Positions 16,362-26,489 of a DNA stretch of 64,000 bases are shown one piece after another. How positions within the stretch are numbered: position 1 is the first letter of the stretch; each line of letters begins with the position of its first letter. Below the pieces are notes generated by a model. That model did no database searches and was not told the origin of the DNA. It saw nothing but the letters and a program-made list of their open reading frames with translations. Location: positions 32,001 through 96,000 of IMG/VR virus record IMGVR_UViG_3300032030_000028. The stretch is one strand, 5' to 3'. Both the position numbers and the translations under genes were made by a program. The DNA comes from a virus. Taxonomy: Duplodnaviria > Caudoviricetes.

Positions 16362-17078
16362 ATGAAGAAGCTGACACAATATCTTAAAAATGTAAATGAA
16401 GCATTTGGGGATGAATTGAATGAAATTACCGGATGGCTAGGTTCACTAGAAAACCTATCCGATGTCTTGGATAGACTCGAAAATTCAAAAATTCTCGGCG
16501 GACGGGGTAACGATAGATTTGGAAGGGGAGATGGTGAGAATATTGATGATCATACAAAAAGGTATGTGGGAATGATTCTCAAAAAACTTATGACGGATCC
16601 CGAGATTATATCCTGGTATGATTCTCCATATAACAACGAGATGGAGCTTTATAGTTTGCTAGCTAAAAAGCTTTCTCCCAGAGAAATGACTTATCTGGAA
16701 GAGATCACTCAGGTTTTATCTTCCGTAGAAGACTCGGATAAAGATGCAGAGATAGTTAATAATGCCGTTGTCCGCCTCATAGATGATCCAGATTTAGAAA
16801 GATGGTTTAAAAAATATTCAAAACCTATTAAGAAAACGGATAGGTTCGGTAATGTCGAAACTACAACGGCAACTCCTAATGAATTTGAACTCAGAAAGAT
16901 TATTAACAGCAAACTTTCAGGCACGGAAAGAAAATTTTCCGAGCCCATTGCGCGAAAATTTATGCGAATATATAGTGGTGAATATGATACCGATGACTAT
17001 TTTAATGGAGATAGAGGCAGTTCAGGAATGGGTATGTCTATGACCGGAAGACGGAGCGGCGGACGTTTTAGAATTTAA
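16362..17078 (+). CDS. Putative internal head protein (leader MKKLTQYLKNVNE|A)
   Basis: Probable ATG at 16362 inside ORF 16206..17078; T4 internal-protein-like leader; TATAAATA at 16334-16341. Confidence 0.65.
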   Translation: MKKLTQYLKNVNEAFGDELNEITGWLGSLENLSDVLDRLENSKILGGRGNDRFGRGDGENIDDHTKRYVGMILKKLMTDPEIISWYDSPYNNEMELYSLLAKKLSPREMTYLEEITQVLSSVEDSDKDAEIVNNAVVRLIDDPDLERWFKKYSKPIKKTDRFGNVETTTATPNEFELRKIINSKLSGTERKFSEPIARKFMRIYSGEYDTDDYFNGDRGSSGMGMSMTGRRSGGRFRI

Positions 17079-17098
17079 TTAAAAATTAATCAAGATAT

Positions 17099-19603
17099 AT
17101 GAAAAGATTTCATGAATATACAGGGATGATCACGGAATCCCTAATGATGTTATTAGTCTATTCCGCTATAGTAGCTACCATGGTCCAGGATGCCAAACAA
17201 GAACGTCTCAAGTTCAAGATAGAGCAAAAACGAATGGAAAAAGAGCTTAAAGAAATGGAAGATAGGGAGGATGATGAAGAAGTCCAACGTAGGATAGAAA
17301 AAGAACGTCATAAACAAGAACTAGCTCAGGCGAGACATGAACGTCAAGAAGAGAAAATGAAACGGAGAATGGCTAAAATACAGATGCTCCAGGATAAAAT
17401 AGCGGAATCTCGTGAGAAAAAATTAGAAACTCAGCGTTTTGCATTAGCAGCCCATAATATGATGAACGACAAGGAGACCGCTGAAGACCGGAGTCTTATC
17501 GAGAAACATGCTAAGAACAAAGAAAAATGCTCTCCTGATCAAATTCGCAGGGCTACTGAAAAAGCTGATAAAATATCCGACGAAGAAGCAGATAAGTATA
17601 TAGCTAAATACATGCCGAAAAAAGAACTCCCTAAGACCGAACCCGGGCCTAAAAAAGAAACTCCGAAGAAAACGGATAAGATCCCAAATCCTGGAGACTT
17701 CAAGATGCCTAAAAAACCGGATACTGACGGGGCTGTAGATAAAAAATCAGAACCTAAAGAAGAAGAAGTAATCAATCCGGAAACTGGCAAGAAAGAAAAA
17801 CATAAAGTATATACAGGTAAACGCGGTGGTAGATATTGGATGTCTAAAAACAACAATAAAGTATATGTTAATGAAGATAAAGAAGAACAAGAAGAAGCTT
17901 CTCGTTGGGATATTACTAATTCTAGACTAGCTTATCTGCAATGGGTTATAGATAACACTAAAGATAAAGAAAAATCCAATAAGCTTCAGGAGATGTATAA
18001 TGCCTTGTATAATATAACATATGATACGGGCGGCGATATCCGGAGCTTAGATGATACTATATCTTATATTACTCAGACCATGCAAAACAATAAAGGTCTG
18101 ATTCCGGGACTTCCTTCTAATGATCAGATAGAAGAAATCGATAAAAAAGCAGCTAGCTTTGAAGAATTGCACCCGGAAGAATATGAAAGTTATATCAAGA
18201 GACTGGAAAGTTCTAATCTGGATAAATCCAAGAAAGATAAAGAAGATCAAGCGGATAGTGTGCTGAGTCCGGCGGACACCAAAGATGATAAAGATGCCCG
18301 CAATAAGCTAGCTACTCTTACTTCCATATTTGGATTTACTAATATTATAGGTCTAGAACCTAATCGGAAGCCATCCGCGGAAGATATGAAGAAAAAATCC
18401 GAGCTGAAAAAAGATCAGAAAGATAATGCATTGCTCCAGGATACCGAGGATGACGAAACTGCTCTTAAAAAACCGGAGATCTCCGGTGAAGAAAGCTCCG
18501 ATGAGTCCGGTGAAGAAGGCTCCGATGAGTCCGGTGAAGAAGGCTCCGATGAGTCCGGTGAAGAGTTGTCGGATATTGAAGAGGATATGATCATGTATGT
18601 AGTCATGATGGCTGAAGAATATTTGGACCAGTTCGAAGGCGAAGACTATGACGAAGCTGATGTGGACAAATGGTTGGATGAACAGGATTTGGAATCCGAT
18701 CTTGGCCTGGAAACCGAAGAAGAGAAAAAAGGCTTCCGGGATGCTATGAAGCAAGAAATTAAGAATGAACTAGAATCCGAGTCCGATGAAGGTAGTGAAG
18801 AGTCCGGTGAACAGACTACGGAATCTCTCTTAGAGTTCTCTCAAAACTTTATATTTGAATTGTTTGGTCGGAATGACGCTTTCAAGGCGGCTAAGAAAAA
18901 TGCTGAAATGTTCAATAAGTATGGTGATGGTGCATATAAACCGGAAGTTACAGTAAAAGAACTCCAAAAGGCACGTAAGAAAAATGCAAGCGCCGTTAAG
19001 TTCAACAAGGCGGCAAATTTGCTTACCGGACCACTGGGTGCCGCCATTATCAACAAAAAACAAGATAATATGAAGAAACGTATGGCCGGAATGAAGTCCA
19101 TGATTGATAGCACGCAGGATCCCGATGAAAAAGAGAAACTTCAAAAGAATTACGATATGATGATGAAGGCTTGTGTTACCAAGAAAGGAAGATTCCGCGC
19201 CCGTCCGAAACTTAAAAGCCTTTCTCCGGAAGAAAGGGCCGAATTTAAATCTAAGTACAAAGAAATCAAGCAATCTAAAACAATCCGACAAGCTGGCAAG
19301 GATTATATGATCAAACACGAAGATTTTGCAGACCAAGTACTACAAGATAAAGTATCTAAGAAAAAAGAAGAAAAAGAAATCAAGAAAGGTAATGTTGAAA
19401 AGACTTCCATGGATGACGGATCTACTCTGGTAGCTCGGAAATCGGAAAGAGACGGCCATATGATTTATACTAGAGAAAAAGGAGGCAAGACTATTGAATA
19501 TATGGATAAAGACGACTATCAAAAACGTCTAGCTAGCAAGAAAGAATCTGTAGAACATCACTTCAGTTCTTTCAAATCCTTGCTAGAATCTAAAAATGCA
19601 TAA
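17099..19603 (+). CDS. Large charged putative head-core/ejection protein (paralog family with 20131 and 22187)
   Basis: 834 aa; leader MKRFHEYTGMITE|S; internal E|S-type sites; shared C-terminal modules. Confidence 0.65.
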   Translation: MKRFHEYTGMITESLMMLLVYSAIVATMVQDAKQERLKFKIEQKRMEKELKEMEDREDDEEVQRRIEKERHKQELAQARHERQEEKMKRRMAKIQMLQDKIAESREKKLETQRFALAAHNMMNDKETAEDRSLIEKHAKNKEKCSPDQIRRATEKADKISDEEADKYIAKYMPKKELPKTEPGPKKETPKKTDKIPNPGDFKMPKKPDTDGAVDKKSEPKEEEVINPETGKKEKHKVYTGKRGGRYWMSKNNNKVYVNEDKEEQEEASRWDITNSRLAYLQWVIDNTKDKEKSNKLQEMYNALYNITYDTGGDIRSLDDTISYITQTMQNNKGLIPGLPSNDQIEEIDKKAASFEELHPEEYESYIKRLESSNLDKSKKDKEDQADSVLSPADTKDDKDARNKLATLTSIFGFTNIIGLEPNRKPSAEDMKKKSELKKDQKDNALLQDTEDDETALKKPEISGEESSDESGEEGSDESGEEGSDESGEELSDIEEDMIMYVVMMAEEYLDQFEGEDYDEADVDKWLDEQDLESDLGLETEEEKKGFRDAMKQEIKNELESESDEGSEESGEQTTESLLEFSQNFIFELFGRNDAFKAAKKNAEMFNKYGDGAYKPEVTVKELQKARKKNASAVKFNKAANLLTGPLGAAIINKKQDNMKKRMAGMKSMIDSTQDPDEKEKLQKNYDMMMKACVTKKGRFRARPKLKSLSPEERAEFKSKYKEIKQSKTIRQAGKDYMIKHEDFADQVLQDKVSKKKEEKEIKKGNVEKTSMDDGSTLVARKSERDGHMIYTREKGGKTIEYMDKDDYQKRLASKKESVEHHFSSFKSLLESKNA
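18482..18564 (+). repeat. 24-bp in-frame tandem repeat (~3.5 copies, SGEEGSDE)
   Basis: TCCGGTGAAGAA(A/G)GCTCCGATGAG repeated. Confidence 0.9.
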
Positions 19604-19628
19604 ACTAAACTTATAAATATCTTATAAG

Positions 19629-19657
19629 AATCGGACTCGAAAGGGTCCGATTTTTTT
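19629..19657 (+). terminator. Intrinsic terminator (repeated at 20073 and 21710)
   Basis: AATCGGACTC-GAAA-GGGTCCGATT plus T tract. Confidence 0.85.
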
Positions 19658-19682
19658 ATTATTTATTCAAAGGTGATTTTAT

Positions 19683-20069
19683 ATGAAACATATTAGTGAA
19701 TCCATAAGGAATGTAAAATGCTACGTTAACGAAGATACCGTAACTCATGATAAAAGATCGCAATCTTTCCAATACGGTGACGGAAGCCTTGTCTATTTTG
19801 ATGAGATTTTAACATATCCCCAATATCACGACAATGCTCTGGAAATCGAGACTCTGCATGCCGTAACTAAAAGAAGAGGTATTGGTTCGAAACTGATAGA
19901 AGCTATCAAGGATTATGCTGATTCCGAAAGAAAATCAATAGTGGTATATGCTAGTCCGCTGACAAACGACATATCTGAAAGAGACCTTATCAAATTCTAT
20001 AAAAAGAATGGATTTATACAAGATCCGGATACCGACAATCCACATTGTTTGATTTATATCGGAAGATAA
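19683..20069 (+). CDS. GNAT acetyltransferase with MKHISESI leader
   Basis: RRGIGSKLI acetyl-CoA motif and LIKFYKKNGF. Confidence 0.85.
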   Translation: MKHISESIRNVKCYVNEDTVTHDKRSQSFQYGDGSLVYFDEILTYPQYHDNALEIETLHAVTKRRGIGSKLIEAIKDYADSERKSIVVYASPLTNDISERDLIKFYKKNGFIQDPDTDNPHCLIYIGR

Positions 20070-20072
20070 TTC

Positions 20073-20104
20073 AAAATCGGACTCGAAAGGGTCCGATTTT
20101 TTTT
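20073..20104 (+). terminator. Intrinsic terminator
   Basis: Same hairpin as 19629. Confidence 0.85.
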
Positions 20105-20130
20105 ATTTTTTATACAAATAAGATTTTTAT

Positions 20131-21687
20131 ATGAAAAATATTGGAAGTTATATTCAAGAATCCCAAATGTTTGAGGCAGAAAAAGAAAATTTAAAGTTAT
20201 CTAAAGAAGACCAAAAACAACTACAAGAGATTCTTCAAAGAGCTATTACTGCATTTTATAATGATGATGAAGATAGAGATATAGAAGAATTTATTAAAGA
20301 TACATTTGCTGATTATGGATGGTCCGATAAGCTCATGTCTGGATTCATAGACATATGTAAGCAGATTGTGGACAAGTCTGATAAATATGTTGAAAAATTG
20401 AGTAAAACAGATAAAGATGTTAATGAAAGTTTGGGTGATTTAATTGCCGAAAAAGATGGGGAGGGCTTAAAAAAGGCAATTGATGCAGTTGATAGTGGCT
20501 TGGGAAAACTTGTGGATGCCGGTGTATTCGGAGATAATGCTAAAAATAAGCGAGCTGTTAATAAAGCACTTGGCAATACAGCGGCCGATAAAGCTAAAAA
20601 AGGTGTTGACAATGTGGTTTCAACAAAAACTGCGGTAGAAGATGCTCATAAAGCAGAAGTAAAACGTAACGCTGAGATGGCTAATAATATCGGGCGGGAT
20701 GGCAAATTCCACCAAGATTTGGTAACCGGAAAATATTACAAATCCGAAGAAGAACTTAATCGAGCTGTTGGGAGAAGAAAAATGGAGGAATTTGATAAAG
20801 AATATGAAGAAGCTGTTAAAAAAGAAACCGATATAAAGAAAAATAACCAGGACACATATCAAATTCAAACATCACCAGGTAAATGGAAAGATGTATCTAA
20901 AGAAGAGTATGAAAAGGCTAAAAAAGAAAATCCCAGAACAGCTAAAAAGACGGAACGTTCTTCCATAGATCCTCATGAGTATAAAATACCAACTTCTAGA
21001 GACACCAAATATGGATATGAAAAGGATGGGGAAATAACCCATACACACCTTCAACGTCATTATGAAATGGAAACTCCGTGGTGTCGTTTCTTGACTTCCG
21101 GAGGTCCTCAGAAGGTAGCGTTAGGTGCAGCTATCGTGGGTGCCGTGGCTCTCACTACGGCCGTTGCGGTACATACTGCCAGAAAGCAAAATGAAAAATT
21201 CTTAGCAGGCCTCAAAGCCCGCTCCGAACAAGCTGACGACCCCAGAATTCGCAAGGAATATGAAAAATACTATCAAGATGCATTAAAGGCTATGTATAAG
21301 GATAATGGCAAGGTTAGAATGGATCCGGATTTTTCTAAAATCCCCGAAGAGAGTAGAAAGTCATTCGTTAAAATTTACGGTTCCGGCAAAGATCTTCGCA
21401 AAATGGGCAAAGAATATATTAAGAAAAACGGTTCCGAATTTTTAGAATATGATAGAGACCATACTGCTTCTTCTACTAAAAAAGAACCTAAAGAACAAGT
21501 AGCTAAAGCTAAAGACGGATCCGAAATCCATGCTCGCCGCAAGAAATCCGGACACGGTATGACCTATGTGCGTACTAAAAACGGCAAAGAAGTCGGATAT
21601 GCCACTAAGGACGATTTCCGGCGCGCTAGACAAAATGAAGGCATGATTTCATTGAGAGATGCTTTGTTAGAATCTTTTGAAATCTAA
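20131..21687 (+). CDS. Putative internal head/ejection protein with one transmembrane-like helix
   Basis: Leader MKNIGSYIQE|S; ALGAAIVGAVALTTAVAV helix; C-terminal KDGSEIHARRKK module. Confidence 0.65.
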   Translation: MKNIGSYIQESQMFEAEKENLKLSKEDQKQLQEILQRAITAFYNDDEDRDIEEFIKDTFADYGWSDKLMSGFIDICKQIVDKSDKYVEKLSKTDKDVNESLGDLIAEKDGEGLKKAIDAVDSGLGKLVDAGVFGDNAKNKRAVNKALGNTAADKAKKGVDNVVSTKTAVEDAHKAEVKRNAEMANNIGRDGKFHQDLVTGKYYKSEEELNRAVGRRKMEEFDKEYEEAVKKETDIKKNNQDTYQIQTSPGKWKDVSKEEYEKAKKENPRTAKKTERSSIDPHEYKIPTSRDTKYGYEKDGEITHTHLQRHYEMETPWCRFLTSGGPQKVALGAAIVGAVALTTAVAVHTARKQNEKFLAGLKARSEQADDPRIRKEYEKYYQDALKAMYKDNGKVRMDPDFSKIPEESRKSFVKIYGSGKDLRKMGKEYIKKNGSEFLEYDRDHTASSTKKEPKEQVAKAKDGSEIHARRKKSGHGMTYVRTKNGKEVGYATKDDFRRARQNEGMISLRDALLESFEI

Positions 21688-21709
21688 AAGTTCTTAAAAA
21701 ATCCATAAG

Positions 21710-21738
21710 AATCGGACTCAAAAGAGTCCGATTTTTTT
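21710..21738 (+). terminator. Intrinsic terminator
   Basis: AATCGGACTC-AAAA-GAGTCCGATT plus T tract. Confidence 0.85.
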
Positions 21739-21763
21739 ATTCTTTATTCAAAGAAGATTTTAT

Positions 21764-22183
21764 ATGAAACATATTAGTGAATCTATAATAGGAAGAAGGG
21801 GATCTTCAAATATTTCCGACTTCCGTTTTGAAAGCATAGTCCGAGGAAGTATAGTATATATTCCCGAACTCAAGCGAAACGATTCCGATAATCCTTATTT
21901 TTTGTGTGTAACTATCCGAGATTTATATGATTTGTGGCCGGATAGATACATAGATAGTAATTTACTTAGTTTAATTCATTATATTCTGCCTTCTAAATAT
22001 AGTGTATATGACACTCCAATCGGAGAGGTAACCCTTCAAGGATATAAAAATCATTTTCCATTTTATGACGGTAATAAAATACCCATAAAAGCTATATACG
22101 GACCTATAGATCGGCATAAGTTAAACAGAATACTATCCTCAGAAGACACATTAATAGATTTTTTAAAAAATTTACACCCCTAA
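21764..22183 (+). CDS. Leader-tagged hypothetical protein (MKHISESIIGRRG)
   Basis: 139 aa, shared leader. Confidence 0.8.
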   Translation: MKHISESIIGRRGSSNISDFRFESIVRGSIVYIPELKRNDSDNPYFLCVTIRDLYDLWPDRYIDSNLLSLIHYILPSKYSVYDTPIGEVTLQGYKNHFPFYDGNKIPIKAIYGPIDRHKLNRILSSEDTLIDFLKNLHP

Positions 22184-22186
22184 AAT

Positions 22187-23317
22187 ATGAATTTAAAAAA
22201 TTATATCTTAGAATCTCAAGAACCGGAAAATCTTCCGGAAATTCTAGACTTTGTAACTAATATAATATCTCAATATACGGACTCTCTTTCCGATCTTTCC
22301 GATTATTCGGAATCCGGCTTCAAAAAATGGTGTGAAGACAATGGTATTGAAGATATAGATTGGGATGATGATGCTAAAAAGAATTTTTATAAGTTATGTG
22401 ATACTGCGCTTTCTAATATGAAAGATACGGATGATTCTGTAGAAGAATCTTTTAAGATCCCGGATCTTAATATTTTATTAGAAGCGGTCCCTAATAAGGA
22501 TTCTCAAAATTCTCCGAAGTTTTCTAAAGAAGATGCTCAAAAATTATTAAAGCAAGCTAGAGATGAAGTTTGGTCGGGAATGAAAACATACGGCAAGAAA
22601 AAAGCCACTAACTGGTCTGGCGATCAACTTAACAAACTCACTGATAAGATAATGACGAGCATTAAAAATAAAAAAACATCATCCGCCGAAGAATATGCAA
22701 ATGCTGGAATTTCCGCCGGAAAAGCATTTTCTAAAGTACCTGGCATCAGCAAGGCACTGGCCGGAATATCCGCTCTTTCGGGTCCTCAGGTCGCTCTGAT
22801 CACCGTATCCGTAGCGGCGGTTGCCGCGGGAACTGTAGTGGTTGTCCGTCAGATAAAGAAAAAGAAAAACGAAAAGATCTTGACTGGGATAAAGGCTAAA
22901 GTTGAGGAATATAAGAAATCGGGAGATACTGAAAAAGCTAAGTTCTATGATGATTTTTACCAAAAACTAGAAAAAACCTGTTTAGACGATAAAGGAAAAC
23001 TTCGCGTGAGTCCGGACCTTAACAAGCTTCCTGAAAAAGATCGCGATTTATTCTCAACTTTATATAATAGGATTAAGAAAAATAAAAACATCATTAAAGC
23101 CGGAAAGGTTTCGGCACCTAAAGAACAAGTGGTGAAAGATAAAGATGGGAGCGAGATCCACGCCCGCCGGAAAAAAACCGGCATCGGCATGACCTATGTC
23201 AGAATGAAAAATGGCAAAGAAATCGGATACGCCACCAAAGATGAATTCCGGGCCGCAAAAAGCTCCAATGAATCCTATACAGGATTATCGGATTATATTA
23301 ATGAGTCAGTCGAATAA
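22187..23317 (+). CDS. Paralog of 20131 protein
   Basis: Leader MNLKNYILE|S; GPQVALITVSVAAVAAGTVVVV helix; KDGSEIHARRKK module. Confidence 0.7.
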   Translation: MNLKNYILESQEPENLPEILDFVTNIISQYTDSLSDLSDYSESGFKKWCEDNGIEDIDWDDDAKKNFYKLCDTALSNMKDTDDSVEESFKIPDLNILLEAVPNKDSQNSPKFSKEDAQKLLKQARDEVWSGMKTYGKKKATNWSGDQLNKLTDKIMTSIKNKKTSSAEEYANAGISAGKAFSKVPGISKALAGISALSGPQVALITVSVAAVAAGTVVVVRQIKKKKNEKILTGIKAKVEEYKKSGDTEKAKFYDDFYQKLEKTCLDDKGKLRVSPDLNKLPEKDRDLFSTLYNRIKKNKNIIKAGKVSAPKEQVVKDKDGSEIHARRKKTGIGMTYVRMKNGKEIGYATKDEFRAAKSSNESYTGLSDYINESVE

Positions 23318-23345
23318 AATCTATCATAAATCTTTCATATTCGTT

Positions 23346-23410
23346 ATAAAACAAGCGATCGTATCTTAGATGACTAGTTATATCACTTAAGATGTGATCG
23401 CTTGTTTTAT
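23346..23410 (+). repeat. Dispersed palindromic element, copy 2
   Basis: CAAGCGATCGTATCTTAGATGACTAGTTATATCACTTAAGATGTGATCGCTTG between convergent genes. Confidence 0.85.
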
Positions 23411-23428
23411 ATATGTTTATGAAAGAAA

Positions 23429-25570
23429 TTACATTATTTCTAAATTCGGAACTAAGCTCGGATATATAAATTGCCAAGCTGTATACATGTTTTTCTTATC
23501 ATCCACCGATTTAAGAATATCCCGGTTATAAGAATATCCGTATTTCGCAACAAACTTAAACCATACCTCTCTTATATTCTCATATAAATCTATTGAAGTT
23601 ATATACGTATTGTTTTTTATTCGCAACCTACAGTTTTCACATCCCATCTCGCCCAAAAATTCATTGACTAATTGTTCATACCCCCCACATTCATTATCGT
23701 ACTCTACAGCTCCAGCCACCGTAATTAATTTATCAGGAGTTTCAATAATTTTTTCATATAATCCCCGATGGAATCCGTGGTCTATAAAAAATGCATTGAG
23801 TGTGCCGTTGAGAATATCTAATCTTTCATAATCATTATAATCTTTATCATGCTGAGATATATCATATCCAAGATTGAATACTATCTGGGGTTGCCCATAT
23901 GTTTCGCATTTATGAACTTGAGGCATCCAGGCGGACCCATATGTAGAACAATAAATAGGAATACATAAGAAATTCAGCTCTCCATATCTATGCTCGCATA
24001 TGTTGAATTCCGGGTCTCCGCAAATGGTCACATCCGCATCCGATAAAGGAAGGACATAGGATGTAATCAAATCTTTCTTGCGCTCCGCATACCAGAAAAT
24101 ATCAAATGGTTCCCAATGGCATATCAGATTAATTTTCGGCCGGAAAGTCCAGTTAGGTTTCATTCCTTTGCTTAATAAGAATTCTTGTTCTCCTCTAGAT
24201 AACGGCCCTTGTATATCGGTAAAATAATTTATATTCTGATTCCAATTCCACCAAGTATATCCATCCACACTTTTCATATCCAAACCGGCATGACCACGTT
24301 TGTACTTATTGTACCAATAATCCTTGATGTTTTTGATGATATAGTGATTCACCCATACTGTATCGAGACTTCCGTCTCTCCATTTAAACATATTGTAATT
24401 CACAAGATTGCCTAAACAGTCTCGAGCGGATACACCTGACGCGGACCACACCGTATGTTCATTCATATCCAAAGCCAATCCGGATCTAGATATAGTTTTA
24501 TACCAGCCGTTCATATTCTCGGGTCGGCAATCTTTCCGGACATTATCCGCAATCGGCTCTGTACAATATTGATATATTGGTTTATCTATATCAAACGATT
24601 CGGGATTTGCATGAAAACAACGCCATTGTAAGATATAAGCATCTGTATCTGGGAAAGTGTTCAAAAAGTTTTTAATGCTCGTATAAATATCTTTATTGAT
24701 ATTAATATATTCATCAATGTCAATAAAGGCTACCCATCTATAAATATTATCGTCGCAAAATGTTTTATATTGTGTTATTTGCTGAGCCTTGGCTCCGCGA
24801 ATTTGGCGTATTTCGACTTGATTGAACTTTTTTTCCAGCCACTGATATGATTCTGGAGAATCGATATCGTTGTTGTCATAGACATATATTCTGTCAAATC
24901 CTAGTTCTAAATGCCATTTGCACCAATCTTCTAGATAATTGTTTTCTTGCTTGGCAATAGCACATATTACCGTTTCGCGAGATCGGTTCTCATATGTTTC
25001 TATAGACATAGTCAAACCAAGGTCTCCAGCGGCCTTATGCCAGGTTTCGACATCTATATCCCATTCGGGAATATTTCTTTCTAAAATTTTATTATGCACA
25101 GTTTTTCGGATAATCGTAGTACCCTGATCAAAATCATTGAAAACATGTATAAGCAGATCATCGTGCTCTCCGGCGATTTTCAGCAGCGCTTTATAACAAT
25201 CTCCATTCCACGGCCCACCAAACACCGGATCATGAGAAGCCGCACATTCAGAAATTGGCCACATATCATGACACACAATAGTCCCCCCAGTATTCAAAAA
25301 TTTAAGAGAGTTTGTAATATCTCTATATACTTGCTCATGCTGATGCAATCCATCAATGAATATTAAATCAAACATTTGCCGGTTTATAGAGAAAAAGTCA
25401 TCCGAAGCAATTATCATATTAGCGGCGGTATCCGGGTTAGGGTCCACCCCTGTTTTGAATTCGGCATTGATTTGATTAAAAACATAACCTTCCGATACGC
25501 CGATTTCTAAATATGTTTTATATTTATATTTTTCTATTAAAAAATTTAAAAGATCTAATCTATCTTTCAT
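23429..25570 (-). CDS. Class I SAM methyltransferase fused to GT92/GT2-like glycosyltransferase
   Basis: YLEIGV and FDLIFIDGLH motifs; then ICAIAKQEN.YL.DW..WH..LGFDRIYVYDN and WVAFIDIDE (DxD). Confidence 0.8.
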   Translation of the reverse strand: MKDRLDLLNFLIEKYKYKTYLEIGVSEGYVFNQINAEFKTGVDPNPDTAANMIIASDDFFSINRQMFDLIFIDGLHQHEQVYRDITNSLKFLNTGGTIVCHDMWPISECAASHDPVFGGPWNGDCYKALLKIAGEHDDLLIHVFNDFDQGTTIIRKTVHNKILERNIPEWDIDVETWHKAAGDLGLTMSIETYENRSRETVICAIAKQENNYLEDWCKWHLELGFDRIYVYDNNDIDSPESYQWLEKKFNQVEIRQIRGAKAQQITQYKTFCDDNIYRWVAFIDIDEYININKDIYTSIKNFLNTFPDTDAYILQWRCFHANPESFDIDKPIYQYCTEPIADNVRKDCRPENMNGWYKTISRSGLALDMNEHTVWSASGVSARDCLGNLVNYNMFKWRDGSLDTVWVNHYIIKNIKDYWYNKYKRGHAGLDMKSVDGYTWWNWNQNINYFTDIQGPLSRGEQEFLLSKGMKPNWTFRPKINLICHWEPFDIFWYAERKKDLITSYVLPLSDADVTICGDPEFNICEHRYGELNFLCIPIYCSTYGSAWMPQVHKCETYGQPQIVFNLGYDISQHDKDYNDYERLDILNGTLNAFFIDHGFHRGLYEKIIETPDKLITVAGAVEYDNECGGYEQLVNEFLGEMGCENCRLRIKNNTYITSIDLYENIREVWFKFVAKYGYSYNRDILKSVDDKKNMYTAWQFIYPSLVPNLEIM

Positions 25571-25583
25571 ATATTAATTTTAA

Positions 25584-26390
25584 TTAAAGTTCCGGAATCC
25601 AAGCATATGTCCATTTATCTTGGAAGAAATACATCCAATTGTCAATTTCATCCCGGTTGTCCGTCATATTTATGAACGGACGAAATCCTTCTTTTTGTGA
25701 GATTTCGGAATTATGATAATAATATTCAAACCATTTGCAGAACAAAAACCGGTTATGCATTAGGATGAACCTAGGATCCTGATACGCCATTTTATATACT
25801 GCATAGGTAAGTGCGGTTTGATTGATGCGATCTACTTGCCGGTTACTACCCCACAAGAACATGACCGTCCAGGTATGAGAATTTATAGCCTGGGTGAATT
25901 TAGTGTTTTTATATATAATCATGGTGCTCTGGAGAAGTCCTTCAGAGTGATAATTTGCGTCGTCTAAATATCGTACTACTCTTTCCGCATCTTCTTTTGA
26001 AAAACCATAATATCCATAATAAGCCCATCTATTCACTTCCGTCCGAATATCATTGACTATGGTATTCTGCAATGTACCATATTCCCAATTTTCATTTTCA
26101 AACTTTTTCAATACATCAATAGGATCTTTTTTTATTTGAATAGATCCATCTATATATAAGCAAATATCGGTGTTGACAAATTCAAATGGGTGATATCGGA
26201 CATATGCCCACCGATCCTGCCCTTCGGGGTAATCTAAAAGCTGAGGATAATATAATATCTTCCAAGTTTCGGACCGGAGGTCTGGATTATCGGTTACCAT
26301 TATATATTCTATATCGGGGTTTGGATCAAGGACTTCCCGGACCATTTCGTATCCGGAAAATATACAAGACAATATACTATATTTAGGCAT
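25584..26390 (-). CDS. DUF616-like GT-A glycosyltransferase
   Basis: IFSGYE, YIMVTD, CLYIDGSI motifs. Confidence 0.6.
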   Translation of the reverse strand: MPKYSILSCIFSGYEMVREVLDPNPDIEYIMVTDNPDLRSETWKILYYPQLLDYPEGQDRWAYVRYHPFEFVNTDICLYIDGSIQIKKDPIDVLKKFENENWEYGTLQNTIVNDIRTEVNRWAYYGYYGFSKEDAERVVRYLDDANYHSEGLLQSTMIIYKNTKFTQAINSHTWTVMFLWGSNRQVDRINQTALTYAVYKMAYQDPRFILMHNRFLFCKWFEYYYHNSEISQKEGFRPFINMTDNRDEIDNWMYFFQDKWTYAWIPEL

Positions 26391-26489
26391 ATCGATTTAA
26401 TGATTTATAATATAATATTATATTTCTTTTCGAAATTTCCAAATCCACACGTATAATATATTTATTTTTTTATCAAGGAATTTGTTAAT

